Shown here piece by piece: positions 1 through 11,385 of a stretch of 64,000 nucleotides of DNA. The position numbers were made by a program, and so were the translations under genes. Numbering within the stretch: position 1 is the stretch's first letter; every line of letters begins with the position of its first letter. This stretch comes from Plasmodiophora brassicae (Eukaryota). Under the pieces are notes generated by a model. The model had not been told where the DNA came from and ran no database searches. It worked only from the letters and a program-made list of their open reading frames with translations. The DNA lies in NCBI GenBank assembly GCA_036867785.1, contig CP145410.1, positions 1,240,001 through 1,304,000 on the forward strand, read 5' to 3'.

Positions 1-2228
1 AAAACATGGTCGCGATGTGGCACGCGGACGGCTCTTTGCGTTTCGTCCTATCGTTCTGCGAAGAGCAACTTGTTCCTTTAATGGCACTGGTAATGTGAAG
101 CGTACCGAAAGCGAAAGTGGAATGACTATGGACGTTTAGAGGCCATCCTGGGCAACCTTGGAATTCTACGATTCTGCTTTCGCATTCCTGGTGTCGACCA
201 TGAACAGAGTTCCGCTAGAGACGGCACAGCTACTCGACAATTTAAAGATCGCAGGAATATTCGATATCGTGAACGAGCTCGTCGAGTTTGAAACGGTTCA
301 AACTGGCTTGCAGGTCCGGTGAGTGGTATTCAAGGTTTGTACGCGCAACTAACGTTTGCTGCTTTGCAGGAATTCGTAATATGGTCGCTCTGTTCATCGC
401 CACCATTCAAGGACGATGATACCGCTCCGGATTCTTGGAAGTCACGATTCCCTACTCTGGCCTCTCGTACGGCTCATCTCCATGTGCCCGCCCCGACTGT
501 CTGATCTAAGGCCAGAACCGTCGCATAGTTGGCATTTCGAGGATTTGCGGCGTTCTGCCAACGTGTTCGTCTCTGCCTGATGTTGTGCCATATTGCACCA
601 TGCTAGTTCATCGGATGCGATCATTGACCGCAATGCCGGCTTCCACTCTTCAGACAGCCATTGCTGCGATATCGTCCATACTGGCGCGAATCGACAGGCT
701 ACTTCAGCGTGAACAGCCCGTTACTTCTTATGATGTCGCCCTCAACGTTGCTGTACGCTGTGTTCTCGGTGTTGCCCATCTTCAACGTGTCGCGGGAGAT
801 GACATCGTCTTCGCTACATCGAGCAGCGGTGGTCTGGTACTGCATTCACTAGGTAGGAGTAGGGCCTTTGCGTTTCAAACAACTGGCACGATTGCATCAT
901 GATTCTAGAGTGCATCGTTTTATATCTTATCAAGGCGGTCCCGTGCTTCGAGGAGCTGTCGATGTGTACGATGGTGTGGTCCTGGTTGTGGTCTTCAAGC
1001 GTCCAGATGCGGCAATCGTTAATCGAGCTTACTGCCAACTGCCCTAGTGTAGAGTGCGATCGCCTGCTGTCTCTTGTCGTCGTCTCCGTTTCGCCTATGC
1101 TGTCTGTGGTTGAATGCCTGGCTTGCTTCAGGAGCCATCCGTGCCTGCACTATCTTCTGCAACAAATCGTCTCACGAACCTGTGAGGTTACCCGCACCGA
1201 CCACCTGATGTCACTGTTTGGTACGACCCTCGTCGTATGCGATTTCCTTTGCCTGATCATTCGGCGCAGGCGCTGACCTTACGACGCACGACGTTGAAAC
1301 GCTCCTGGTTCTGCAACGGCTTGGAGTTGTCAACAAGGCCTTCTTCGAGGATCACGTAATTGATTTAATTTCATTTCCGCGTGTGGGCGACCTCCAGTTC
1401 AGCAGCACCTGCGCCCTAGTTTGTTCGCTCGTTCCCGGGTCCCGCGGCATCGTCGATGATCGGCTTCAATCTCTCGTATGGGATTTGTTCCCAGCAACCC
1501 TTGCGGCCGACGACGCGGACAGTTTCTCCAATCTGCTGTACGTGAAGGCCGATCTGATTCGAATTGGATCAGGACAAGGCGATGCAGATTCTGAAACTGC
1601 ACAGCTGCGAGAATGGGCAAGTGCATACCCACCTCTGCAGCCTGCCACGTTCGCCATTACAGCTGCCCGAATAAGCCATGGTTCTGTTGGAGTTCGCTCG
1701 CCGGCTGTTCAGCGGATGCTGCACGCCGCCGTTTCCAATGTCCTCGGGCCGCACGGCTGTCTCGATGCAGTGCTGCTCGTGGGTGCCGCTATTGTCAGGC
1801 TTGGTATGGTGCCTGGCAGTATTCAACCTTGGGTAGAGACCGCATCGCAACATATGATGCTGTCGACGCTCGCTGGCCCCGGTCGCACAATGGTACCTCT
1901 TCCCCAGCTTGCCCTTCTGGCACTGTTCTGGCACTTTGAGATGCCACCCCCGCTCAGATCCGTCGTTCGCGACACGCTTCGGTCTGTCGAACCCGTCGCC
2001 GGTTCTTGTCCTCTACGGAAAGCGTTGACCGAGCGCATGTTGTCTTCTTCAACGGCCCCGGCTGAAGGTGGACATTCTTGCCCGGAATGCAATTCTAGCA
2101 ATCGGAGCGCATATGCACTAATCACTCGGATTTTCGCCGATCTGCCAGAGACACACGGTCCTGGCGCATGTATCCCATCATCGCTAGACGCACCGCTCTC
2201 ATTGGCGGCCGGCAAGATTGGCGCTTGA
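1..2228 (+). CDS. 3' part of a multi-exon gene for an unknown Leu-rich, probably alpha-solenoid protein (5' end outside window)
   Basis: Series of + ORFs separated by GT..AG introns (e.g. 90-139 GTAATG..TTTAG; 319-370 GTGAGT..TGCAG). Last exon ends TGA 2226-2228. No family motif recognised. Confidence 0.6.
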
Positions 2229-2315
2229 TCCCTCGGTGCTGTCGTCCCATTCGCAATACAGGTAGAAGAGCGTTCGAAAGCAATTATTTATGGCATCGGG
2301 AAGAGATCACTTCCG

Positions 2316-3122
2316 TCAAGGCGAAGCAGTGGCGGGAGCCGTCACGGTGGCAACGTCAGCGCTTCGATTATCAACGACGAATATCGGCTTGCGGCGCGGG
2401 CAACCAACGATGATGTAGTTGAAGTCGAGACCGCCGAACCAGCCCGACTGTTTCGCTTCCGCGTAGACGTTGCCCTCTGAGCGTGGACCGCTAACATGGT
2501 ATTGCACCTGACAAGCAAGCCGGTAAGTGACAGCACCTACAGCAGCACCAGCAAACGCCCTGCCTTGATATGCTTGACGCCATCGACCACTTCCTCTGTG
2601 TGGGCCAGCTGCGTGCGGCGACGGGCACCCTCGCCGAATGCGCGAAGTGGCTCGCCGAACACACGAATAATCTGCAGAGACGATAAGGACCCGCAATGCA
2701 GGTGTCGACTGAAGACGGCTTGCCTCTTTATCCGACCGCACCCGATCGAAGCTCTTGTCCCGAACTTTGTACGGGCTAGACGGGGCAAACAGAGCGTGTC
2801 CGATGGAGTATAGGATGGCACCGGTAAGAACAAGCGACCCGCCCACGAATACAAAGTTGACAGAGGTCTTCGCCGCTGTCCACGTTGTCAGGCACGCTCA
2901 CATGTGCCAGCGGGGCAAGTGCCGAGCCAGACCTTCTTTGACGACCTGGATCTGATGCTGTCGCTGCTGCGCTTTTGTGAGCCCGGTGGACGGCTTCTCA
3001 GGCGCTGTTGCAACGTGCCGCCCGACGATACGGTACGGCACCGGCAGCATGGATGGCACGCGAAGTGCTAGCCGATGCCGAAGCATCCCACGCATGCCAG
3101 TCGCCTGCAGGAGAGCTGCCAT
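2316..3122 (-). CDS. TIM21: Mitochondrial import inner membrane translocase subunit Tim21 (4 exons)
   Basis: Arg-rich presequence MAALLQATGMRGMLRHRL, one TM helix (FVFVGGSLVLTGAILYSIG), then LFAPSSPY..FDRV, IIRVFGEPLRAFGE, VQYHVSGPRSEGNVYAE and FNYIIV..PIFVVDNR, as in Tim21. Confidence 0.85.
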
Positions 3123-3807
3123 ATTCGCGGACTGCGCGATTCGGCGCGGCACCCGAAAGCGCGCCTGCGAAGCCAGCCTGCTGCCAGCCAGCGACGATTG
3201 CAGCGAACAGTTTCGTTCTGGTCACCGACGACCCTGCTCCAGCCCATCGCAACGATGTTCGCGTGTGTTCTCCCGCTTCCGTGTACCCTTCAAATTCGAC
3301 CCCAACGATGAAAGTGGTGCGGCCGCGCGTTCGTGCAGGTGGGCACCGAGGCGTGGATGGCATCACTTCGTTCGACGTGCTCCAATCCATAGCCACGTCG
3401 TTGCCACCGAGTCGTCTTCCACGACCACATCTGCTGTGGTGCTTCTCTGGCGTTCTCGGGTCTCTTTCGGGGAGTCCGACCCCCTCGTTCGTTCGCGCAC
3501 CACCAAGTCATCACCTCCATGGCGTGGACAAGCACAAGTTCCTCGACACGGACGCTCGATTGGTCGACGTAGTGCGACGCCAATCGGATCGGACCAGGTC
3601 AGTGTGGGCATGATCGGTTACCTCGGAAGAATGCGGCTATCGTTGTCCTGTTCAAGAAGGGGTCTCGTACAAGCTGCGACAATTACTGACGCATTTCTCT
3701 TCACGCTGGCGATAGCATCTCGACATACCGGCTGCGTCACGTTGACAAGACGAGCGCGCAGCGACTCGTCGAAACATTGTCCGATTGGAAAGCACAATAA
3801 CATTAGG

Positions 3808-6476
3808 TCAACTTGCCCTGAGGTTGATATTTGCCATTCGCTGGTCGATACTTTGGATGAGAGCGTGCGTGGAGGTGTACACCCCGGATCGTAGCAGCTC
3901 TTCCTTTTCAGCCCTCAACCGTTCGTATTCTTCGGACCTTACTGGGCTCTGTCTCAGAGGCGACGTGGCCGACGGTGGCGATGGTGACCGGTATTGCTTG
4001 TCATCAGCGAGCATGCGTCGGATATCGCACCTGATCGACTGCAGTTGCTGTCGCTCGGCTTCCATGTCGCGCTCCTGCTGCCTCGCCATCATCTGAACCT
4101 TCATCCGTTGAAGTTCAAGTCTCTCCTTCTCGAGCCGTTCCTGTTGGACAAATCAGTGCGGGAGTCCACCGAAACCCGTGCAAATTTACATTCTCGACGA
4201 GCTCCCCCGACTGCCGTAGACGGGCGAGTTCCTTCAGACAGGCAATCAGCTGGGACTGCTGTCGCTTTTCCTTCATCTTCAGTTGAGCAATTTCTTCCCG
4301 GGCCGCCTGGAGTTCCCGGCTAACGTCGTTCAGCTCGGTTTGCAATTTCCCAAGCGAAGACGTGGTCATCTTGCGCTTGATCGCCAGTAAATGTTCGGTC
4401 TGCTCCGTATAAAGAGCATCGATTTCAGCCAAACGATCTTGAAGGCTGCGCTTTTCCTTCTCCCGCAGAGCAATCTCTTGTTCCTATACAGCACATGTCA
4501 CCTTAACCAAACGGCTATCGTAACAGACACAGACATGCTGTCGTCGGATGCTGCGGATGAGTGCAGCGTCCTCCCTTGTTTGCAGATCATGCTCACGAGC
4601 AAGCGCCTCCTTTTGTTTCGCAAGGTCATCCTCCTGTTGGCGCAGCAAGCGCTCCTGGCAGCGCACATCGTACAGAGCCTGCATTCATCTAAGATTAGAT
4701 GGAACCCTTTCGACAGAGACAGTGTTACTTGTTCAAGACGTTTCTCAAGATGTGCCACTTCTCTATGGCGCTGGGAGAGTGCAGTCTAGCAAGGTAGATC
4801 AGATAAATGCCCCACAATGTCAACCACGCAGGCAGACCTCTTTCTTCGTCACGTATTCGGTCCATTGCGTTTCCAGCTGCGACTTGCGTTCCGCTTCCAT
4901 CAACGCGAGCTTCGCCTTGAAAGCTTCTTGCTCCCTCCGTTTCCAAGCCTCAAGCTCCCACGCCACATGGTACGCCTGACTTCCCCGATCCATTTCCGGA
5001 TCGACGTCCATTTGCTGCTGCTCAACGGGAGCTATACAGGCTGGTCCAGGATCGGGGCCGAGATCTTCCAGGAAGACGATGAACCGAAGAGCCCCGACAA
5101 GCCGGATATCGTTTTCGGCGTCGCCCGAGAATATCGGAACGTAGCGATCCACTGCTCGGACGCTGCCTGGTCCCACGCGCTGTAGGTCTGCCGTCAGAAG
5201 CTGTGACATTTCGAAGGTTGCCAAGCCCAGAACCCTAGAAAACAGATTAACCATACATGCGCCGAAGCAGCAAGACTGGCGGCGAACATACGCATCAGGG
5301 CCGCCTGCCGAAGGGTGCCCGACGATTTCAACGACAAATGGATCATCAGTTAACGTGCGTTCCAAAGCTTGTGCAAGCATGGAAAATTCGAACGCGCAGA
5401 ATGAGTTTGGCAGCGGCGCCTCTCTGCCTGATTCCACCTGCATGGGCACCAATGCATATCAGTACCAAGTGTTCGTATACCGAGGCAATCACGACGACCT
5501 GAATAGGCGGATGAGTGGCAACCGGGGCGCTGCACCCGAATAATGGGTAGACGTAGCGTGCATAAACGTTGCCGGTCGTCTCCATGTCCTTGACTGAGCG
5601 AAGGTCAACACTGATCCGGAACTGGGTTGGTGCTGGGGCCGGTTTCGGAGCGACTACGGCCGGTGGTGGTGCAGACGCCTCAAGCGGTAACGCGTTCACT
5701 TGGGCGGATAGAGATTTCGTCAACTCAACTGGATGAGAATCGACGACAGCAGTCAGTGGCTCTTGTTCCTTCGTGGTGTCGTGCTGCTCCACGTTACACG
5801 TCGTGTCTTTGTCGTCGCTTTCGCTTTCGATTCGGTGACTCGTTTCGTGGACGGCATCCTCAACGCTTTCCTTCTCGAACTCTTCGTCGTCGTAAGATCC
5901 GTCGGGTTTCTCGGCCTCGATGGGCTTCGTTGGTTGAACCGCGTTCGGCTGCTGTTCGGTCGATGTCCACGTTAGCCTGCATGCGACGTTGATTTCAGGG
6001 GTCGCTCCTTGGCACTTTGCGTTCTGCAACTTGAACCTGTCATACATCAAGCACTTAGATGCGGGCAGCAGGGTTAGATTGGCGACGACGAACCATTGCC
6101 TGACTGTATCACGTCCAACGCTGCCGACAATCGTGCGCCCGTCGACAACGACGAACCCAACAGCAGCGCCAATGGCTGCGTTCCGGGTCTGGGCAGCGAG
6201 CAACATCAATTTCATCGGGCTACGCGACGCTTTGAAAGCGGCGAATTGGTCGGCAGACAGGGTCGCTTCGAGGACGCCAAAGTCCAGCTCGACCCGGGGA
6301 GCGCGCGAGGCCGGCGCCGGCAACCATCCCGTCGACGTATTGATCGGCCCAAGCGCGACCTGCACCTGGAACACGCATGGGCGCTTCACAATGACATCGC
6401 CCAGGGTCCGCGCCCGGATCCCGATTCGAACACGAACACAGTTGCCTTCGACGCTGCCTCGCCCCGAGGATGACAT
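3808..6476 (-). CDS. CEP120: Centriolar protein CEP120 (C2 domains + coiled coil), multi-exon
   Basis: FRISVDLRSVK..ARYVYPLFGCSAPVATHPPIQV/ESGREAPLPNSFCAFEF (C2C), AWELEAWKRREQEAF, and C-terminal RLRAEKEELLRSGVYTSTHALIQSIDQRM match CEP120 signatures. Confidence 0.88.
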
Positions 6477-6678
6477 TGCAAAAGACACCCCCCGCCGCTG
6501 TACCTATTTATAGCTGTCGGCCCACTATGTACCCATCAGGTGCGGCAGCGCGCGGCGCCGCGCCGCGCAACCATGCGGTGTCCGAGAGGCGGCGGCCACT
6601 CGACGCGCAGATTTGACGGATCGCCGCGCCACTCCAACACCCGCGTCATCGTGGCATCGAGAGCATAGCGGCGACGAC

Positions 6679-7670
6679 ATGTGCTTCGGGCCGTTGCAGT
6701 CGTTCGGGTTCGCTGCCGGCGGGTTAGGCATCTCGGCGTGGTTGTACTCCAAGCGGCAAAAGGAACTGGCCTATGGGTGGGTGCGCCCGCCGCCGCCGGT
6801 GTGTCAATACCCACCCGTCTGATTTAATCGTGCCTGGCCAGAGTGTTCTTCTTCTTCTTGATGGAACTGCTGCAGTCGGTTCAGTACCTGTTCATTGACC
6901 AATGCGACAACATGGTCAACAAGGTCCTCACGATTGCCGGGTTCGCCCACATTTGCCTGCAACCGTACTTCACCCAGGTCCTGAACGCGGCCGTCATGCG
7001 GAATCCAACGTTTGTTGCCGGCGCATGCTACAATGCCCTACTCTGTTAACACGCGTCTTGATCAGGCGTCGATCCCAGTTCGTAGTCATCAAGCGCCTCT
7101 GTTTGCTTGGCGGGTTTCTGCTCTTCTGCCGGTTCCCGATGAGTCCATGGGCGCACGACACGGGCATCTTCGACGAGACCTGCAAAGGTGGCGGGACGTT
7201 CGAATGGCTTCGCGCTTCACCCTCGCAGGGCGTCTGCACCTATTCCGGAAAGTACCACCTCGGTATGATTCAATTCGCAGTCGTCTCTATCACCGCTAAT
7301 GGCTGTGCTGTTTTCCAGCGTGGTCGGTTCCGATGTACGAGCCAACGTACTTGTCGCAGGGCACCGGAATTCACTCATTCCTGATGTTCGCCCCGTTCTT
7401 CGTGACTAAACCGTTCAACATGTTCGTCCGCCTTGGTCATCGCTAGTCACCTACATAACTCGTTCGTGGTGTAGGATCCATGGTCTGTTTCTTTTCATTA
7501 CCGGCCCGCTCCTGTCCTTCTACATCACGTCGAATTTGCAGGAGCAGGCGTCCATCTGGTGCTTCATGTCGATTGCACAGATTATCTTCATGCTGGTCTT
7601 GATTGGCCCAGCGGCGCTGGCCAAGGGACCTGTCGAGCACGGGAAACGTACGGCGATTAAGGAAGCCTGA
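6679..7670 (+). CDS. Multi-pass membrane protein, DUF5765-like, multi-exon
   Basis: MCFGPLQSFGFA start, FFFFLMELLQSVQY..DQC, AHICLQPYF, GKYHL/WSVP, QASIWCF; stop TGA 7668-7670. Family name recalled, not searched. Confidence 0.65.
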
Positions 7671-7720
7671 TCTACTGTTCGTTCGGCACTTTCGTCGTAA
7701 ATCCCTTATTGTTTTACTGC

Positions 7721-9227
7721 TTATGACGGTGATTGTGCCGCGTTTACGCCAACGCTGTTCCACTTTCCTGATACGGGATCGAACCACATATTACAGCGAG
7801 ACGTTAGCTTCCCGTCGATAAGATCGACACCGGCATATTCCAGGTAGTCTTCCAACCGGCGAACAGTGCCCATGCCCAGTTCGTCCATCTCGGCACGACT
7901 GTACTTGGCGTAGTCGCCCTCTTTATCCATCTCGAGCGGATTTCGAAGCAATGCTCGCGCTCTTGCCTCGGATGCATGCGCGTGAACGAACCAGGTTGGC
8001 ACCTGCGTTAACACGATCAGCGTCCCATGTCGCTACCCGCGTCCGTACAGCACCCACTTGGACAAACACGTTCTTCGGGCGTCCCCCATACGCGTGGGAC
8101 ACCAGGTTCGCACTCGGCGTGTACAATTCCCAGCCGGATGTCCACAGCCGTGCAGCGATCAGCAGTTCCTCGCCTGCACCGACATCAGACACCGCACGAC
8201 GTGCGTTCCACACCCTGTTGTCGAACCGTGGAACAGGAACTTCAGGTATGGGTCAAACGGGGCGTCGTGCAGCAACGTGCTTCGTCCCGCGAAGAACCCG
8301 GCGCCCAGGAACCTGGACACTGTCAGCGCTTTCGTCATGCAGCCAGCTGCTGCCGTACGGTGTGAAGCACGTCGTCTTCTGCCCTCGGTCGTCCAGTGCA
8401 ATGCCTGGCGACATGTTGTCGTCGTTGCACGTCTCGGGGAGCTGTATGATGAGGCCAGGGGGTGCGTTGTCGTGCGTGGACCTACAGATCCAGGGACGAG
8501 GCGCATCGCCCAGGACCGTATCGCTACCCACCGGGTAATGCGTTACAATGGAACGCTCCGGGTCCGGCAATCGCTTGATCATGGCGACCAGGTGGTCGTC
8601 CCAGCCCTTGAGGAACTTCGTGTGCGAATCGATCTGCATGAACCAGGTTTCGCCTGCCCACAGCTTCGACGCAATGTACCGGGCGTGTGTGGGTCCCGCG
8701 CCCCGGTCGGCAGGGACCTGGACGACCCGAATCTGGGGCCGGAACCGCTCATCGACCATATCAAGACACGGGCGATCGTCGGGGTCGCTCACGACCAGCT
8801 GGTCGCAGATGCCGACGAATACGCGCTCGGGGCGGTTGGCATTGGCGAACAGCGCGGCGACCGTCTCGCGGCACAGGTTGTCGCGGAACGATGCAATGGA
8901 CACGAAGATGGAGTCGTCGGCGGGATGCCGCGCCGACCATTCCAGGAACCGCTGCCGAAACGCCGACGTCGACTCGTCGAAGAACGGCGCGGTCGTGTCG
9001 TTGTAGATGTGTACGCCGCTGTGGCGAATGGCGGCCGACAGGTGAATGGACTCGGGCACCAGCGCGGGCGATCCGTACGCGGATAGGTCGATGAAGGAGA
9101 CGAAGACGATGAGAAGGATGGTGATCAGAGACGCCTGGCTAATGCGTATGAGGAAGCTCGGCCCGGCCAGAGCCTTGCCGAGCCTGGATTTGGCCTCGGT
9201 CCCGATGCGTCTCCTTGGCGGCAGCAT
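7721..9227 (-). CDS. GT60-family (Gnt1/Gnt2-like) alpha-GlcNAc transferase with N-terminal membrane anchor
   Basis: IFVSIASFRD, GAGPTHARY, WFMQIDSHTKFLKGWD (DSH motif), PFLGAGFF after a 46-bp intron, PFDPYLKFLFHG, GEELLIAARLWTSGWELYTP. TM segment LITILLIVFVSFI. Confidence 0.88.
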
Positions 9228-10787
9228 CGCGGGCGCGTCTGCCTGGCAACAACAGGTCACAGTGGCGCAGGTCCGGCGTGGACCGACTCGGAGCACTTCG
9301 CATCGGAGGCCCGACGGGCAGGCTTCGTTGACTTCACGGCTGCTGTACGCATGTTGATCCGTCTCACGATCGACAATCAGGTCACGGGTATTCGCCAGTG
9401 ACCCCGGCCTGTTAAAGGAGCACACCCTATCCAATACCACATCACACCGAGCAATAGCGCACGGGTTCAGTGAGGTTGCACGCTTCGAGCAGAAAAATGA
9501 TCGCGATCCGGGCAATGCCACGACCAGGTGGTGCGTGCGGCAATGGGCCAATGACGTCTGGTCACGTAGAAAATGACAGTATTGTACTCCTGCCCAGATA
9601 TGGCCGTACACGTTGAACGCTGGTACTTCCTCCGTTCAATTATTCCTGCAAGCTGGACGCTTCTCGGCACGCCGGACTAGCCTGATGAACCACGCCCGCG
9701 TAACGTCGCCTGTTACCTTTGGAACCTTCACGATGCGCTGCCTACAGCTGCTCTTCGGACGCGAACATAGCGTCGCCCAGGTATGCGTTGTCGCTGCGGA
9801 TGGTCGAGGCTTCACGGCGAGCGACTGCAGTAATGCCAGCTTACTCGCCGTGGTCGACGTTGTAGGGTCCAGCATTGTCGTTTGCCGACCCTGTCTTGAG
9901 GGTATTATTGACGGTGACCCTGCAGTGATCAGCACCGGCCATGCGCAGTTGTGCACAGGTGAAGTTGCCGGCGTCGACAGTCCATCAGAGGGCTCTGCGT
10001 CGTGAAGGTTCCCTACGAAGACCGCACTCCGAAAAAGGGAACCTGAAGCCAAAATCAGCATGCCTGGCTCACCAAGTCCTACAAGCACTTGCTGAACCGC
10101 TAGTTGAAAGGTTCCCATTTCTGCTCGCCCACCGCCAGCGTGCTGTGGACGCCGCTCTATCCAAGGACGCTAACAACAATGGCGTCTCTGGCTTAAAGAG
10201 ACCAACACGCATGCGAGCAGCTCGCAAAGGAAGGCCGAGGGTTTCGAACCCTCGTGCGCGTTCTCCTGCCCATCGAAGCTGAGGCTGCCAATTAAACAAC
10301 TAAATTTGGTCTTGCTGAGTCGGAGTTGCGTCGACCCACCCAACTGTAAGAGCTACCTTCCTGGCAGCGCCGCTGCCGCTGTAGCCACGATCGCGCGCTG
10401 TTATTTCTGAGATGACGGCAGTCGCTTCCACAAGAGACGCGTTCAAGAGATGGGTTCCCCTCATCAGAGCCGGCATGCCGCTTCAGACGACCGTCAAGTG
10501 CTTTCAGAATTGAAATATGTGCACGACACTCGTGGAAGGCGCCCGATGGGGCGTGCCCGGTGACATCCGCTGCCGGCACGTCAGGGAAACGGCATGCGTG
10601 CCTAGATCTGTTTGCCGGTCGGGAAGAAAACCGTTGGTCGTGTTCGCTACGCGTAACGAACGAAAGCCATTTAAAGGGTAACACCTGAACGCCATCTCAA
10701 ACGTTCGGGGTCTCCAATAATACCAAGGCACACAAGAGTTCAGTAAGGAAGAACGTAGGCACTTTGGAAAGCATGCTGGCTGTGACT

Positions 10788-11000
10788 AGGTAACTGGAAG
10801 CTCGGCGACTTGGTGATCCAAATGATCCTTGTTCATGTGCGGCAAATCATACATGTTACCATACTCGACCTCCATATGGGCACCATGGGTGCCTGGGGAG
10901 TCAGAACACTAGCAGTTACCCCACCGGGCTCTGCGTTTGCGCAGCTCTACAATCGTGTCATGAACGTACTGCTCGTAGCCGTATGCCACGTGGCTGATGG
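10788..11000 (-). mobile_element. Degenerate C-terminal fragment of a mariner-like (DD39D) transposase
   Basis: Minus-strand frames give VLTPQAPMVPI then, after a frameshift, MEVEYGNMYDLPHMNKDHLDHQVAELPVT. This resembles the FLTLQxxM..GNxYxLPHMxKxxL..LP tail of plant/oomycete mariner transposases. Confidence 0.6.
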
Positions 11001-11385
11001 TCGCCACAGCAGACAGCCCACGACGACCGAGGCACCGTTGCTTCACAACGTCACACATCCAGCGGGCGGACTCGTGAAACGATGGTCGGGTAAGCAAGCA
11101 AACCCATGCCTGCCCCTATCCAAACCAACCATTCAACGGGGCACGTACGTTCTGCCATTCGTGGCCACGACATGGTTGGCGAACCGTAAGAGTATTGGAA
11201 ACAAGTTGTCGGGAACTTTGCGACAGGTGAAACATCGACACAGAGTAATTAGACACGACGTAGCTGCAACCGGCAGGTCAGTGATATTTATAGACTCGTC
11301 TAAATTGGAGTCACGCGCCGAACGGCAAGCGTTCCACCCGAAAACGGCTGGTGCCGTCGTCGCAAGGTCGCGATCGAGTTCGACA

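Noticed and set aside
2977-3894. 305-aa plus ORF and many other long antisense or overlapping ORFs (e.g. 8058-9086, 47883-48860)
   Set aside because: Shadow ORFs expected at high GC; Arg/Ser-rich composition and overlap with well-supported genes.
8253-8360. Apparent frameshift in the GT60 gene suggesting a pseudogene
   Set aside because: Resolved by a 46-bp GT-AG intron.
9228-9611. 128-aa N-terminal extension of the GT60 ORF
   Set aside because: No recognisable homology; MLPPRRR just before the TM fits a type II enzyme.
10236-10254. tRNA T-arm/B-box-like hairpin (minus strand GAGGGTTCGAAACCCTC)
   Set aside because: No matching acceptor stem, D-arm or anticodon arm at the right spacing; not called as a tRNA.
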